From Deltaproteobacteria bacterium (GTDB lineage Bacteria > Myxococcota > Kuafuiibacteriia > Kuafuiibacteriales > Kuafuiibacteriaceae), in assembly GCA_040218735.1 (NCBI GenBank), contig JAVJQW010000019.1:224001-288000 (forward strand): a stretch of DNA of 64,000 nucleotides, read 5' to 3'. Shown in pieces: positions 31,327 to 41,003 of this stretch (positions within the stretch are counted from its first letter, which is position 1; each line of letters starts with the position of its first letter). Position numbers and translations under genes: made by a program. The notes beneath the pieces were generated by a model. The model made no database searches and was not told the DNA's origin. It saw only the letters and a program-made list of their open reading frames with translations.

Positions 31327-34086
31327 GTGCGTAAGGGGGTCGTCGTCGCGGCGCTGCTCCTCGTCACCGGGATCGGCGCGTACTGGCTGCTGCGCCCGGA
31401 GCCCTCGAAGGTCGTCGAGGCGCCTCCGCCTCCGCCTCCGCCGCCGCCCGTCGACAAGCCGGTGCGCGGGGCGCCGTGTCGTGTGACGGTGCGGGTCGAC
31501 GGCGGTGAGCTGCGGCGGGCGCGGCTGTTCTCGGCGCGGGCGCAGCTCGATCTCGACGCCGAGATCACCGCGGTCGGGTTCGAGGGGACGGTGCCCGAGC
31601 AGGGTCGGATCTTCATCGCCGCGGAGTCGCTCGACGGGCGCAGCGCGGGGCGGTGGATCCTCTGCGGCGGAGACGGCGTCGCCGACACGACGCTCGAGCT
31701 CCCCGAGCGCGATCCGGACGCCGCGACGATCGACGGGCGGTGCACGTACCTCGACACCGGCGTCGCCGTCGCGGGCGCGGTCGTGCGCGGCCAATACGAA
31801 TCGGGCGTCACCTCGCACGTCGTCTCCGCGCTCGCGGACGACGACGGTGTCTTCCGCCTCGCGCTCCCCGGCGGCACGTACGTGTTCCGCTGCGCGAAGG
31901 ACACCGACGAGGGCCCCCCGACCGAAGTGCGGATCGAGCCGGGCACGGTGCAGCAGGTCGAGCTGTTCGTCGAAGCGCGCGCCGGCGTCGTCGCCGTGGT
32001 CGTGGACGAAGACGGGCAGCCCCTCGCCGACGTCCTCGTCCGCGGTCGCACCGCGCGCTCCACGCTCTCTCGCGACGACGAGGTCGCCGAGTCCACGGAC
32101 GAAGAAGGCCGCGCGCTCCTGCTCGGCCTCCCCACCGGACCGGTGACGCTCGAAGCCCAGGCCTCGGGGCTGTTCGCGGAGGGGAGCGCGGTCGCGCAGG
32201 TCGAGCTGCCGTACGCGGAGGCGACGCTCGTCATGCGCGCTTCGGCCGTGCAGCTCGAAGGTCACGTGCGCGAGCAGAACGGCGCGCCGGTCGAGGGGGC
32301 GTCGGTCGAGGTCAGCACGTTGCGTCGCGAAGACGCGCTGCGGTTCAAGCCGGTGGCCCGCGTCGCCATGACCGACGGCAGCGGGCACTTCATCGTCGGT
32401 GGCCTTACGCCGGGGCTGCACCTCGTCGCCGCACGGCGCGACGGGTTCGCCGACTCGCGGGTGGAGGTGATGCTCCCGCTCGGTACGTCGCGCGTCGGGC
32501 TCACAATGCTCTCCGCGTGCACCGGCGAAGTGAAGGTCATGCCCGAGGAGCCCTCGCTCCCGGTCCGCGTCTCGCTGTCGCGCGAGGACGGCGCGACGTG
32601 GGATCTCGCGGGGCGCACGGGGGAGGTGCTCGCCGTCCCGAACGCGTTCGGCACCGTCAATGCGTTTGCGCGCACGAGCGGCACGTCGGTTCGGACCGCG
32701 ACGGCGACGGGTACACTCTGCGAGCGCCCGCTCGTGCTCCGCCTCGTGGGGAGCGAGGGCGACGGCGCGCTCGCGGTGCGCGTCGTCGACGGCGGCGGGG
32801 ACCCGGTCGAAGGCGCCGAGGTCTGGGTCGACACACCGGGCGGACGCGCCCATACCAATGCTTCCGGCGTGGTGCGGTTCGACGGGCTCGAGCCGCGCGC
32901 CTACCGCATCCAAACGCCCTCCGCGATGCGCGGCACGATGGCCGAGGTCATCGCCGGGCAGGTCGTCGAGGTCGAGCTGGTCGTGGATCGCAAACGCGGT
33001 CGCATCCGGGGTCGCGTGGTCGCGAGCGGACCGGTGGAGGGGGCGCGCGTGCTCGCGTCCTGCGGCGACACCGGGAACGCGGGGCGCCTCGAAGACGCGT
33101 CGGTCGTAGCGCGTAGCGGCGCGGACGGGAGCTTCGAGTTCGCGCCGAGCGGTGGCGGCGTCTGCGCTGTGCGCGCCGAGCATCCGAGCGAGGGACGCAG
33201 CCGCGTCGTCACGCTCCAGGCCGGCGGCGACCCCGCGACGATCGAGCTGACGCCGGGCGCTTCGATCGAGGGCCGCGTCGTCGCCGAGGACGGCGCGCCG
33301 GTCAGCCCCTACACATTGGTCGTGCGCACCGGCGGGAGCGCGGCGGTCGTCGAGACCCGGACGCAGTACGTCACGGATCCCGAGGGTGCGTTCGTGGTGA
33401 AGGACGTCGCGGCCGGCCAAGTGTCGTTGCGGGTCAGCGGCAGCAGCGGTCGCGGGTACGCCGAGGTCGATGTCGCGCCCGGCTCGCGGACGACCGGCGT
33501 CGAGATCCGCGCGTTCACGCGCGGGCCCGTGGTCGGTCGCGTCGTGTCCTCGGACGGGGAGCCCGTCGAGCGCGCCCGCGTGGAGATTCGATCCGACCGA
33601 GGCCCGGTCGCTCAGACGGCGACGGGGCCGGACGGTCGGTACTCGACCGTCGTGCCGGCGGGTGAGCCGGTGCGCGCGTTCGTGAACGTCGCGGGCTTCT
33701 ATCCGAAGGGCACGCCGCCCGTCGCGTTGGTCGCGGGCGGGACGACGGACTTCGGCACCCTCACGCTCGAGAAACGCGGGGGCGACGAGGAGAAGGAGGC
33801 GGGGATCGGCATCATGATCGCCGCCGACCCCCGCGGGATTCGGGTGCTCAACTTCGTCGACGACTCGCCGGCGCGGGAAGCGGGGATGGAGGTAGGGGAT
33901 CTGATCGTTGGCATCGACGGGGTGCCGGCGGGACAGGCGCCGCTCATGAACTGGGTCGTGTCGTTGCGCGGGCCGGTCGGTACGCCGGTGACGTTGGAGG
34001 TGGAGCGCGGCACGAGCGCGGCGTTCGTGGTGACGGTGGTGCGGCGCGACGTCGGTCTTCGTCGCCTCCCTCAAAAATCGCCGTGA
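31327..34086 (+). CDS. membrane-anchored carboxypeptidase-regulatory-like repeat protein with C-terminal PDZ
   Basis: N-terminal TM; repeated G.V.D..G.PV.GA.V / TD..G.F units; PDZ GIGIMI...SPAREAGMEVGDLIVGIDG. Confidence 0.88.
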   Translation: MRKGVVVAALLLVTGIGAYWLLRPEPSKVVEAPPPPPPPPPVDKPVRGAPCRVTVRVDGGELRRARLFSARAQLDLDAEITAVGFEGTVPEQGRIFIAAESLDGRSAGRWILCGGDGVADTTLELPERDPDAATIDGRCTYLDTGVAVAGAVVRGQYESGVTSHVVSALADDDGVFRLALPGGTYVFRCAKDTDEGPPTEVRIEPGTVQQVELFVEARAGVVAVVVDEDGQPLADVLVRGRTARSTLSRDDEVAESTDEEGRALLLGLPTGPVTLEAQASGLFAEGSAVAQVELPYAEATLVMRASAVQLEGHVREQNGAPVEGASVEVSTLRREDALRFKPVARVAMTDGSGHFIVGGLTPGLHLVAARRDGFADSRVEVMLPLGTSRVGLTMLSACTGEVKVMPEEPSLPVRVSLSREDGATWDLAGRTGEVLAVPNAFGTVNAFARTSGTSVRTATATGTLCERPLVLRLVGSEGDGALAVRVVDGGGDPVEGAEVWVDTPGGRAHTNASGVVRFDGLEPRAYRIQTPSAMRGTMAEVIAGQVVEVELVVDRKRGRIRGRVVASGPVEGARVLASCGDTGNAGRLEDASVVARSGADGSFEFAPSGGGVCAVRAEHPSEGRSRVVTLQAGGDPATIELTPGASIEGRVVAEDGAPVSPYTLVVRTGGSAAVVETRTQYVTDPEGAFVVKDVAAGQVSLRVSGSSGRGYAEVDVAPGSRTTGVEIRAFTRGPVVGRVVSSDGEPVERARVEIRSDRGPVAQTATGPDGRYSTVVPAGEPVRAFVNVAGFYPKGTPPVALVAGGTTDFGTLTLEKRGGDEEKEAGIGIMIAADPRGIRVLNFVDDSPAREAGMEVGDLIVGIDGVPAGQAPLMNWVVSLRGPVGTPVTLEVERGTSAAFVVTVVRRDVGLRRLPQKSP

Positions 34087-34128
34087 GCTCGGGAGAAGTC
34101 GTCGACTCACCTCGTTAGAACGACTGAG

Positions 34129-34833
34129 GTGGGGCGCGATCTGCTAGCTGAGGGTGGGGTCTTCGCTGCAAAGCCTGCCGCGCAGCTGGAGCGGCTGGAA
34201 GCTCTGGCCGTCCAGTTCGGGGGGGCGGCGCATGATGTCTGCAACCTGTTGGGGGCCATACGTCTCACTACGCAGGACGCGCTCCGCCGTCCCGAATCCG
34301 ACGCCTTGAAGGAGCTCCTCCTCGAGATCCTCGCCTGCGTCGACCAGGCCACGGACGTGGTTTGCAACAACGGCGTGGATTCGTTGGCGGACGAAGGTGA
34401 GGTCGACCTCGTCGATCTCGTGACTTCGCGCCGACGCGTGCTGCGACGGATCGCAGGCCGGCGGGTGGACCTCGCCATGCGGTTTTCGTCGGTGCCGCCG
34501 ATCTACGGGAGCCCGACGTCGATCGCCCAGGCGATCACGAATCTGGTCAAGAACGCCGCCGAGGCGATGGGGAACCAGGAGGGGCGGATCACGGTCTCGA
34601 CCCGGATGCACGGGGACCACGTGCTGCTGGAGGTCGAGGACGACGGCCCCGGATTCGACGCCGACGTGCGCGCGCGTGCGTGTGAGGCGTTCTTCACCAC
34701 GAAGCAAGCGGGGCGTGGATTGGGCCTCGCGCTCGTCCGCCAGATCGCGTTGGTGCACGGCGCGCAGCTCGAGATCGACAGTGAGCCCGGGCGCGGTTCC
34801 GTGGTGCGGTTGCGCTTCCTACCTGCGACCTGA
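34129..34833 (+). CDS. short histidine kinase (DHp + HATPase, no sensor)
   Basis: AAHDVCNLL, NLVKNAAEA, DDGPG, FFTTK..GRGLGL. Confidence 0.85.
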   Translation: MGRDLLAEGGVFAAKPAAQLERLEALAVQFGGAAHDVCNLLGAIRLTTQDALRRPESDALKELLLEILACVDQATDVVCNNGVDSLADEGEVDLVDLVTSRRRVLRRIAGRRVDLAMRFSSVPPIYGSPTSIAQAITNLVKNAAEAMGNQEGRITVSTRMHGDHVLLEVEDDGPGFDADVRARACEAFFTTKQAGRGLGLALVRQIALVHGAQLEIDSEPGRGSVVRLRFLPAT

Positions 34834-34875
34834 CTCTGGCCCTTGGGCCGCGGATGTAGTTTCATCGGCGAGGCG

Positions 34876-35754
34876 ATGAGCGACGAGAAGAAGTCGCGGC
34901 GTCGACGCTTCTCGGTCGACGGCGAGACGGAAGAGGCCGCTGCGACCAAACGCGTGAGGGCGCGCCCGATCGATCGGGTCTTCGGCCTCGATCGCGAGGA
35001 CCGCGAGCTCCCCGAGGACGCCGAGGTCGCGGTGGTGGCCCACACCGACCAGCGCATGGCGGCGTTCGTGGCCGGTCGCATCACGCTCGGCGACCTCGAG
35101 GGCATCTCGAAACAAGAGCAGTACGAGATGGCCAAGCTCGGGCACTCCTACCTGGAGGGTGGGAAGCTCGAGAAGGCGTCGACGATCTTCGAGGGGCTCA
35201 TCGCGCTCGACCCGTTCGACGCGTACTTCCGCATGGCGATCGCTTCGATCGCGCAGCAGGAGGGCCGGTTGAGCGACGCGGAAGAGGGGTACTCGTCGGT
35301 CCTGCAGATCAACCCCTACTCACCGACGGCGTTTGCGAACCGTGGTGAGGTTCGTGTGCAGCTCGGGCGTCTGAAGGAGGGGGCCGAGGATCTGATCGCC
35401 GCGATCACGCACGATCCCAAGGGCGCCGAGGACGCCACGATCCGCGCGCGCGCGACGCTCAAGGTGCTCCAGGAGAAACTCACGGCGCTGGCGAAGAACC
35501 CGGAGGCGTTCGCCCAGGGGGGGCCGCTCTCGGAGCAGCCCCCGTTCTCCGATGACGGTCCGCTTTCGCCGGACACGCCGCTCTCCGCCGACACGCCGCG
35601 CGCCGCGCCCAAACCGCGGGCCGCGAAACCGCGCGCCGCGCGTCCACGCGGTGCGCCGCGAGGGGCCCCGCCTCGGCGTCCTGCCGCGGGCCGTCCGTCC
35701 GGTCGTCCCGCGCCGCGTGCACGTCCGCGTCGACCGGGGCCGCGCAAGAAGTAG
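34876..35754 (+). CDS. SycD/LcrH-like TPR chaperone-family protein with basic tail
   Basis: ITLGDLEGIS...YEMAKLGHSYLEGGKLEKASTIFEGLIALDPFD; Pro/Arg-rich C-terminus. Confidence 0.75.
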   Translation: MSDEKKSRRRRFSVDGETEEAAATKRVRARPIDRVFGLDREDRELPEDAEVAVVAHTDQRMAAFVAGRITLGDLEGISKQEQYEMAKLGHSYLEGGKLEKASTIFEGLIALDPFDAYFRMAIASIAQQEGRLSDAEEGYSSVLQINPYSPTAFANRGEVRVQLGRLKEGAEDLIAAITHDPKGAEDATIRARATLKVLQEKLTALAKNPEAFAQGGPLSEQPPFSDDGPLSPDTPLSADTPRAAPKPRAAKPRAARPRGAPRGAPPRRPAAGRPSGRPAPRARPRRPGPRKK

Positions 35755-37116
35755 ATGGGCGTGCACACGATCCTCGTCCTCGACGACGAACCGAACATCC
35801 TCGTCACGCTGTCCCGCGCGCTGGAGCTGGAGGACTACACGGTCGTCACCGCGAAGTCGGTCGCGGAGGCGGAGCGCACGCTGGTGAAGGTGCGTCCGGA
35901 TCTCGCGCTGTTCGACGTGAAGCTCCCGGACGGCGACGGGCTGGAGCTCCTCGAGCGCCTCGACGACGACGCGCCGCCGGTGATCGTGATGAGCGGTCAC
36001 GGGACGATCGACGACGCGGTGCGGGCCATTCAGCTCGGCGCGGTCGACTACCTCGAAAAGCCGATCGGGCAGGACCGCTTGCTCGTCACGATCAGCAACG
36101 CGCTGGAGATGTCGCGGCTCAAGGCCGAGAACGCTGCGCTGCGCGACGAGGCCGCGGAGCTGCGCGGTGTGAAGGCGATCGTCGGGACGTCGAAGGCGAT
36201 CGAGTCGTTGCGCGGGCAGATCGAACGTGTCGCGGCGAGTGAGGGCCGAGTGCTGATCACGGGTGAGAACGGCACCGGCAAGGAGTTGATCGCCAACGCG
36301 ATCCACGCGGCGTCGCGGCGGGCGAACCGACCCTTCGTTTCACTGAACTGCGCGGCGGTGCCGGCGGAGCTGATCGAGTCGGAGCTGTTCGGTCACGAGA
36401 AGGGTGCGTTCACCGGCGCGGTGTCGCGGAAGGCGGGCAAGTTCGAGCGCGCGAACGGCGGGACATTGTTCCTCGACGAGGTCGGCGACATGCCCGCCGC
36501 GATGCAAGCCAAGTTGCTGCGTGTGTTGCAGACGCAAGAGCTGGAGCGCGTCGGCGGTAACGACACGATCCGCGTCGACGTGCGGGTGCTCGCGGCGACG
36601 AACAAGGACCTGATGGAGGAGATCGCCGACGGGCGCTTCCGCGAGGATCTGTACTACCGGCTGAACGTCGTGCCGCTGGTGTCCCCGCCGCTGCGCGAGC
36701 GTCGGCAAGACATCCCGTTGTTGGCCGCCGGCTTCTTGGAGGAGGCGGCGAAGCGCAACCACCGGAAGACGCCGACGCTGACGCCGGCCTCGCTCGCGCT
36801 GCTCGCCGCGCACGACTACCCCGGCAACGTGCGCGAGCTGAGGAACCTGATCGAGCGCATCGTCATCCTCGCGCCGCCGGAGCTCGACACCCTCGACGAG
36901 GGCGACATCCGCGACCTCGTCCCGACGCAGCGCAAGGCGACCGCGACGGCGTACCGGGAGGGGGCGCGCCTGTCGGATCTGGTCACGGAGGCGGAGCGCG
37001 CGATCGTGGTGCAGGCGCTGGAGGCCAACGACGGCTCGATCCCGGAGACCGCGCGAGCGCTGGGCGTGGAGCGGTCGAACTTTCATAAGAAGTTGAAGGC
37101 GCTCGGTCTGAAGTAG
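35755..37116 (+). CDS. NtrC/NtrX-type sigma-54-dependent response regulator
   Basis: Receiver DDE...DVKLPDGDG; GENGTGKE, GAFTGA, FLDEVGD, PGNVREL; C-terminal HTH. Confidence 0.95.
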   Translation: MGVHTILVLDDEPNILVTLSRALELEDYTVVTAKSVAEAERTLVKVRPDLALFDVKLPDGDGLELLERLDDDAPPVIVMSGHGTIDDAVRAIQLGAVDYLEKPIGQDRLLVTISNALEMSRLKAENAALRDEAAELRGVKAIVGTSKAIESLRGQIERVAASEGRVLITGENGTGKELIANAIHAASRRANRPFVSLNCAAVPAELIESELFGHEKGAFTGAVSRKAGKFERANGGTLFLDEVGDMPAAMQAKLLRVLQTQELERVGGNDTIRVDVRVLAATNKDLMEEIADGRFREDLYYRLNVVPLVSPPLRERRQDIPLLAAGFLEEAAKRNHRKTPTLTPASLALLAAHDYPGNVRELRNLIERIVILAPPELDTLDEGDIRDLVPTQRKATATAYREGARLSDLVTEAERAIVVQALEANDGSIPETARALGVERSNFHKKLKALGLK

Positions 37117-37127
37117 CCCGCCGAAGG

Positions 37128-37324
37128 CGGCACTTCAGACCCCTTGAACTTGAACTTGCCCATTCCCTTGCCCTCGAGCACGTCAGCGATTCCTTCCGGA
37201 GGGCAGTGAACCTGGGCAAGGGACGCATGGTCGCCCTGGATCACGTCGAGTCGCCCGGAACCTTCTCCCTGCCAGGTAGGGCAAGGGAACGGGCAAGTTC
37301 AAGTTCAAGGGGTCTGAAGTGCCG
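37128..37324. repeat. 47-bp near-perfect inverted repeat around a 103-bp spacer (MITE-like)
   Basis: Left arm 37128-37174 and right arm 37278-37324 match at 46/47; internal TTGAAC/TTGCCC hexamers. Confidence 0.85.
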
Positions 37325-37391
37325 GGGTTCGGGGCGCCCTGCTTCGTGGTCGAATCTACCCCCCTCGCCCTCCTTCGCCTTCTCGCGCGGT

Positions 37392-37407
37392 TGGCACGCC
37401 GGGTGCT
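37392..37407 (+). promoter_or_regulatory. sigma-54 (-24/-12) promoter
   Basis: TGGCACGCCGGGTGCT, GG-N10-GC, 48 nt before the ATG at 37456. Confidence 0.7.
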
Positions 37408-37455
37408 CTTACAACCCACATCGGCGCCACGAAGGCCCGAGCAAAGGAGCACACG

Positions 37456-38562
37456 ATGTCGAACCCCATCATCCGAACCGAGAAGCAGCAGCGCATCACC
37501 AAGATCCTCACCGGTCTCGTCATCGGTGGGAGCCTGATCGGCGCCACGGCGATCATGCTGGCGACTGCGCCCGACGGGACGACCGTCGCCGAGATCGAAG
37601 AGGCGCCGAAGACCGAGCTCGCGTGGCGGCAGGACTTCGAGCCGCTCCCCGTCGCCGAGGCGCCCGTCGCGGAGCCGGAGCCGATCCAGCTCGAGGAGCA
37701 GCTCGTCGAGGCCGAGCAGCCGGTCGTCGCGATCGCGCACGAGGAGCCGGAGCGCAACTTCGAGGAGGAGGCGCAGGAGCTCATGGTCGCGGGCGACCTG
37801 AAGGGCGCCTACGAGAACCTCCGCAAGCACCTGTACTCGGACGCACCGACGCCCGACACGCTGCACCACATCGGGCAGCTCGGTCGTGAGCTCGGTGACT
37901 TCGCCGTCGCCGAGCAGGCACTGATGGACGCTGCGGCGCTCGACCCAACGCGCGCCGACATCTCGACCGAGCTCGCGCGGGTTCGTCTCGAGGCCGGGGA
38001 CTTCGAAGAGGCGCGCCTCGCCGTGCGCGAGGCGATCCGCACCGCGCCGCGCGACGCCGAGGCGTGGAACGTCGCGGGCCGCATCGCGATGGCGCAGAGT
38101 GAGTTCCACCGCGCGGCCGACGCGTTCGAGGCTTCGCTCGACCTCGATCCGACGCACCCGATCGTCCACAACAACGCCGGCCTGAACTTCCTCTACATGA
38201 AGCGCGGGCCGGAGGCGGTGGACGCGCTCGAGACGGCGGTCGATCTCTACGAGGACCGCGCGCCGCACTTCGTGTTCAACAACCTCGGCCTGGCGCACGA
38301 GCTCGCCGGCAACTACGAGGAGGCGCGCGAGGCGTTCGAGGAGGCGCTGCTGATCAGCCCGTTCTACGCGCGGGCGAAGGTGAACCTGAAGCGCGTCGAG
38401 GTGACGATCGCGTCCATCGAGGAGAAGCGTTCGTACGAGACCGCGAAGGGCGTGAGCGTCGAGGACCTCGACATCGTCCACGAGATGGACCTCGAAGAGG
38501 CGCCCGCGGCCGCCGAGACGATCGAGATCGCCGACGAATTCCCCGAGCCGACGATGCCCTGA
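37456..38562 (+). CDS. membrane-anchored TPR protein
   Basis: AAGGAG RBS; N-terminal TM; multiple TPRs (VHNNAG, VFNNLGLA). Confidence 0.88.
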   Translation: MSNPIIRTEKQQRITKILTGLVIGGSLIGATAIMLATAPDGTTVAEIEEAPKTELAWRQDFEPLPVAEAPVAEPEPIQLEEQLVEAEQPVVAIAHEEPERNFEEEAQELMVAGDLKGAYENLRKHLYSDAPTPDTLHHIGQLGRELGDFAVAEQALMDAAALDPTRADISTELARVRLEAGDFEEARLAVREAIRTAPRDAEAWNVAGRIAMAQSEFHRAADAFEASLDLDPTHPIVHNNAGLNFLYMKRGPEAVDALETAVDLYEDRAPHFVFNNLGLAHELAGNYEEAREAFEEALLISPFYARAKVNLKRVEVTIASIEEKRSYETAKGVSVEDLDIVHEMDLEEAPAAAETIEIADEFPEPTMP

Positions 38563-38571
38563 GAGCGTGTA

Positions 38572-39466
38572 TCGGAAAGCCGGCGGGGGAGTGCCCAGGT
38601 CCGGCTTCGCTTTTGGCGTCGGCCGGGGACGCTCTTTCCGGTCAGAGGGCGTTCGTCTCGCCTGGTGTTGCCCCTCGGCTTCGCTGAAAGCCGCGGCGGG
38701 CGAGCCGAACTGATTCCCTCCAGAGCGCCCCCGTCCGCCGCCAGCGCTCCGCTTCTCGAGTTGCCTTCGATCCGCCATCCGATGAGGCCATCGATCGACA
38801 CGGAGACCCAGCGCCACCGATCGGCAAGGCGCCTTGCCCACGTCGGGGCGGCTCGGCTTTCGGAATCGGCGCGCCAGCCGCCTGCGCTCCGCTATTCGCG
38901 TCGCCGGATCCCCGCTCCTTCTCGATCGCGATCTCGTTGCTGGCGCGAAGTCGAACGAACATCGGCGACCCCTGTTGTCGGACTTCACGTCAGCACGAGA
39001 TCACGCCGATGCGCGCGTTGGGTTTGGGCAACGCGCGTAGCGGAGCGCAGACATCGGGCGCGGCGATTCCGACAGCCGGACCGCCCCGCCGACGCGCCCA
39101 GGTACTGCCGAGCGTCGCAACGCGATCCCCGCGCCGGACGGTCGCCAAGCAAGCCGAACCGAGGTCGCCGCGCCCGATGTCGGAGCGGAGTGGGCGCCTG
39201 GGCAGCGCGTCGCGGCGGCGGGGCGTCGGGTCGAAGCTCCACGGGTCACCCCACCTCATCGGATGGCGGATCGAAGGCAACTCGACATGCGGAGCGCTGG
39301 CGGCGGCCAGGGACGCTCTGGAGGGAATCAGTTCGGCTCGCCCGCCGCGGCCATCAGCGAAGCCGAGGGGCAACACCCGGCGAGACGAACGGCTTTTGAC
39401 CGGAAGAGCGTCCCCGGCCGACGCCAAAAGCGAAGCCGGACCTGGGCACTCCCCCCGGCTATCCGA
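38572..39466. repeat. two inverted copies of a structured ~0.4-0.5 kb intergenic element
   Basis: 38572-38787 is a close reverse complement of 39254-39466; degenerate inner arms continue to GAAGTC (38947) and GACTTC (38981). Confidence 0.88.
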
Positions 39467-39471
39467 GACCA

Positions 39472-40029
39472 CTACCCGCCGACGGGGCACGGGATGGGAC
39501 CGCACACCGCGACGCTGATCAGATCGTCCGGTACCGAGAGCGACGTTCGATACCCGTGCCCCGCGTCGTACCTCGCCTGCTTCGCGCTCGTCGCCGCACC
39601 AATGATGTCCCACAGCGCGAGTAACAACGTGGGTATCGCGCCGATCACCGACAGCGCCGTGCCCAGGCTCTGAATTCCGTCGTCGCGACCGCGCACGCGT
39701 AGGCCGATGCCCGTGAGCATCGTCGCGCCGGTCACGCCCCTCAGGAGGAAAGTGAGGAAGGCGTCGACACCTCCGCTGCCGTAGATCTGACCCACCGACG
39801 GGCCGACGATCACGCCGAGGCCGAGCGTCGTCATCCCGATGTCGAACCGAATGCCTTCGTCCGTGCCGCGTCCGGTGAAGAACAGGCCCGCGGTCACCGC
39901 GAGCGGAACGAGCGTGCTCGCCACCGAGAGCAGGCTCGCGACCACCGGCTCCGGCGCCGCCTCCGCGCGGGAGGCGGGCAGCGCGGTCACCGCGAAGCAC
40001 AGCGCGAACGCGATCAACAGCTTTCGCAT
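39472..40029 (-). CDS. hypothetical membrane protein
   Basis: Signal peptide and several hydrophobic helices; GPSVGQIY motif. Confidence 0.8.
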   Translation of the reverse strand: MRKLLIAFALCFAVTALPASRAEAAPEPVVASLLSVASTLVPLAVTAGLFFTGRGTDEGIRFDIGMTTLGLGVIVGPSVGQIYGSGGVDAFLTFLLRGVTGATMLTGIGLRVRGRDDGIQSLGTALSVIGAIPTLLLALWDIIGAATSAKQARYDAGHGYRTSLSVPDDLISVAVCGPIPCPVGG

Positions 40030-40121
40030 GTACGCCTTGTACTTAGCACGCGGCGGGTCCCGGTGCGCGAAAGTGCATCGAACGCGGGGAGGGAAATCCG
40101 GGAGGGGACGTAAGAAGCGTC

Positions 40122-40484
40122 ATGCTGAAAGCCACCGCCATCGCATTCGTCACCGTCTTCGTCCTCGCCGGCACCGCCGAAGCCGCCGAGTACAAGTGCA
40201 AGGGGAACCGCGTCGAGAAGTCCGGGAGCACGAAGTACACCGTGCGCACGTCCGGGTCCGACTACAAGATCGAGAAGTCCGGCAGCACCAAGGGCGTCGC
40301 GAAGAAGCGCGGCAGCAAGTACGCGGTCGAGGTCTCGGGCAGCACGCAGGCCACGATCGAGAAGGGCAAGATCTACAAGAGCGGCTCCACCTGGGGCACG
40401 GTCAGCGAGGCGCAGCGCAAGTACGACTGCCCCGATGTCGTCGCCGCCACGCTCTGGGTCCTCGACAAGAAGGGCAAGTTGTAG
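40122..40484 (+). CDS. small basic secreted protein with SGS(T) repeats
   Basis: Signal peptide ending AEA; five x-SGS-(T/D) repeats; Lys-rich. Confidence 0.85.
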   Translation: MLKATAIAFVTVFVLAGTAEAAEYKCKGNRVEKSGSTKYTVRTSGSDYKIEKSGSTKGVAKKRGSKYAVEVSGSTQATIEKGKIYKSGSTWGTVSEAQRKYDCPDVVAATLWVLDKKGKL

Positions 40485-40497
40485 TCTTCGGCTCCGC

Positions 40498-40965
40498 ATG
40501 GAGCCGAAGCGACCCGCCGACTCGATCACGCAGATGACGGAGATCATTCTCCCGTCGGACAGCAACGCCCTCGGCGGTGCGTTCGGCGGGCGGGTGATGC
40601 AGTGGATCGACGTGTGCGGCGCCGTCGCCGCGCAGCGCCACTGCCGCAAGACCGTCGTCACCGCGTCGATGGACGAGCTGCACTTCCGCGCGCCCATCCG
40701 CATGGGCCACGTGGCCTGCCTCGAAGCCCGCGTGAACGCCGCGTTCTCGCGCTCGCTGGAGGTGGAGGTCGTCGTCCACTCCGAGAACCCACTCACCGGC
40801 GAGCGGCGCCTGTGCTGCGACGCCTTCCTCACGTTCGCCGCGCTCGACGACGACTTCAAACCCACGTCCGTCCCCGCGCTGCTGAGCGAGACGGAGGACG
40901 AGATCGCCCGCGCCGACGCGGCCGCGAAGCGCCGCGCGAAGCGGCTCGAGGGCCGCCCGTCCTAA
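40498..40965 (+). CDS. acyl-CoA thioesterase (hotdog fold)
   Basis: ILPSDSNALGGAFGGRVMQWID, VVTASMD..F..PI, LTFAALD. Confidence 0.93.
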   Translation: MEPKRPADSITQMTEIILPSDSNALGGAFGGRVMQWIDVCGAVAAQRHCRKTVVTASMDELHFRAPIRMGHVACLEARVNAAFSRSLEVEVVVHSENPLTGERRLCCDAFLTFAALDDDFKPTSVPALLSETEDEIARADAAAKRRAKRLEGRPS

Positions 40966-41003
40966 GGGATGATCGGCGCGCCTCCCACGCGTTGCCCCAT
41001 CCC

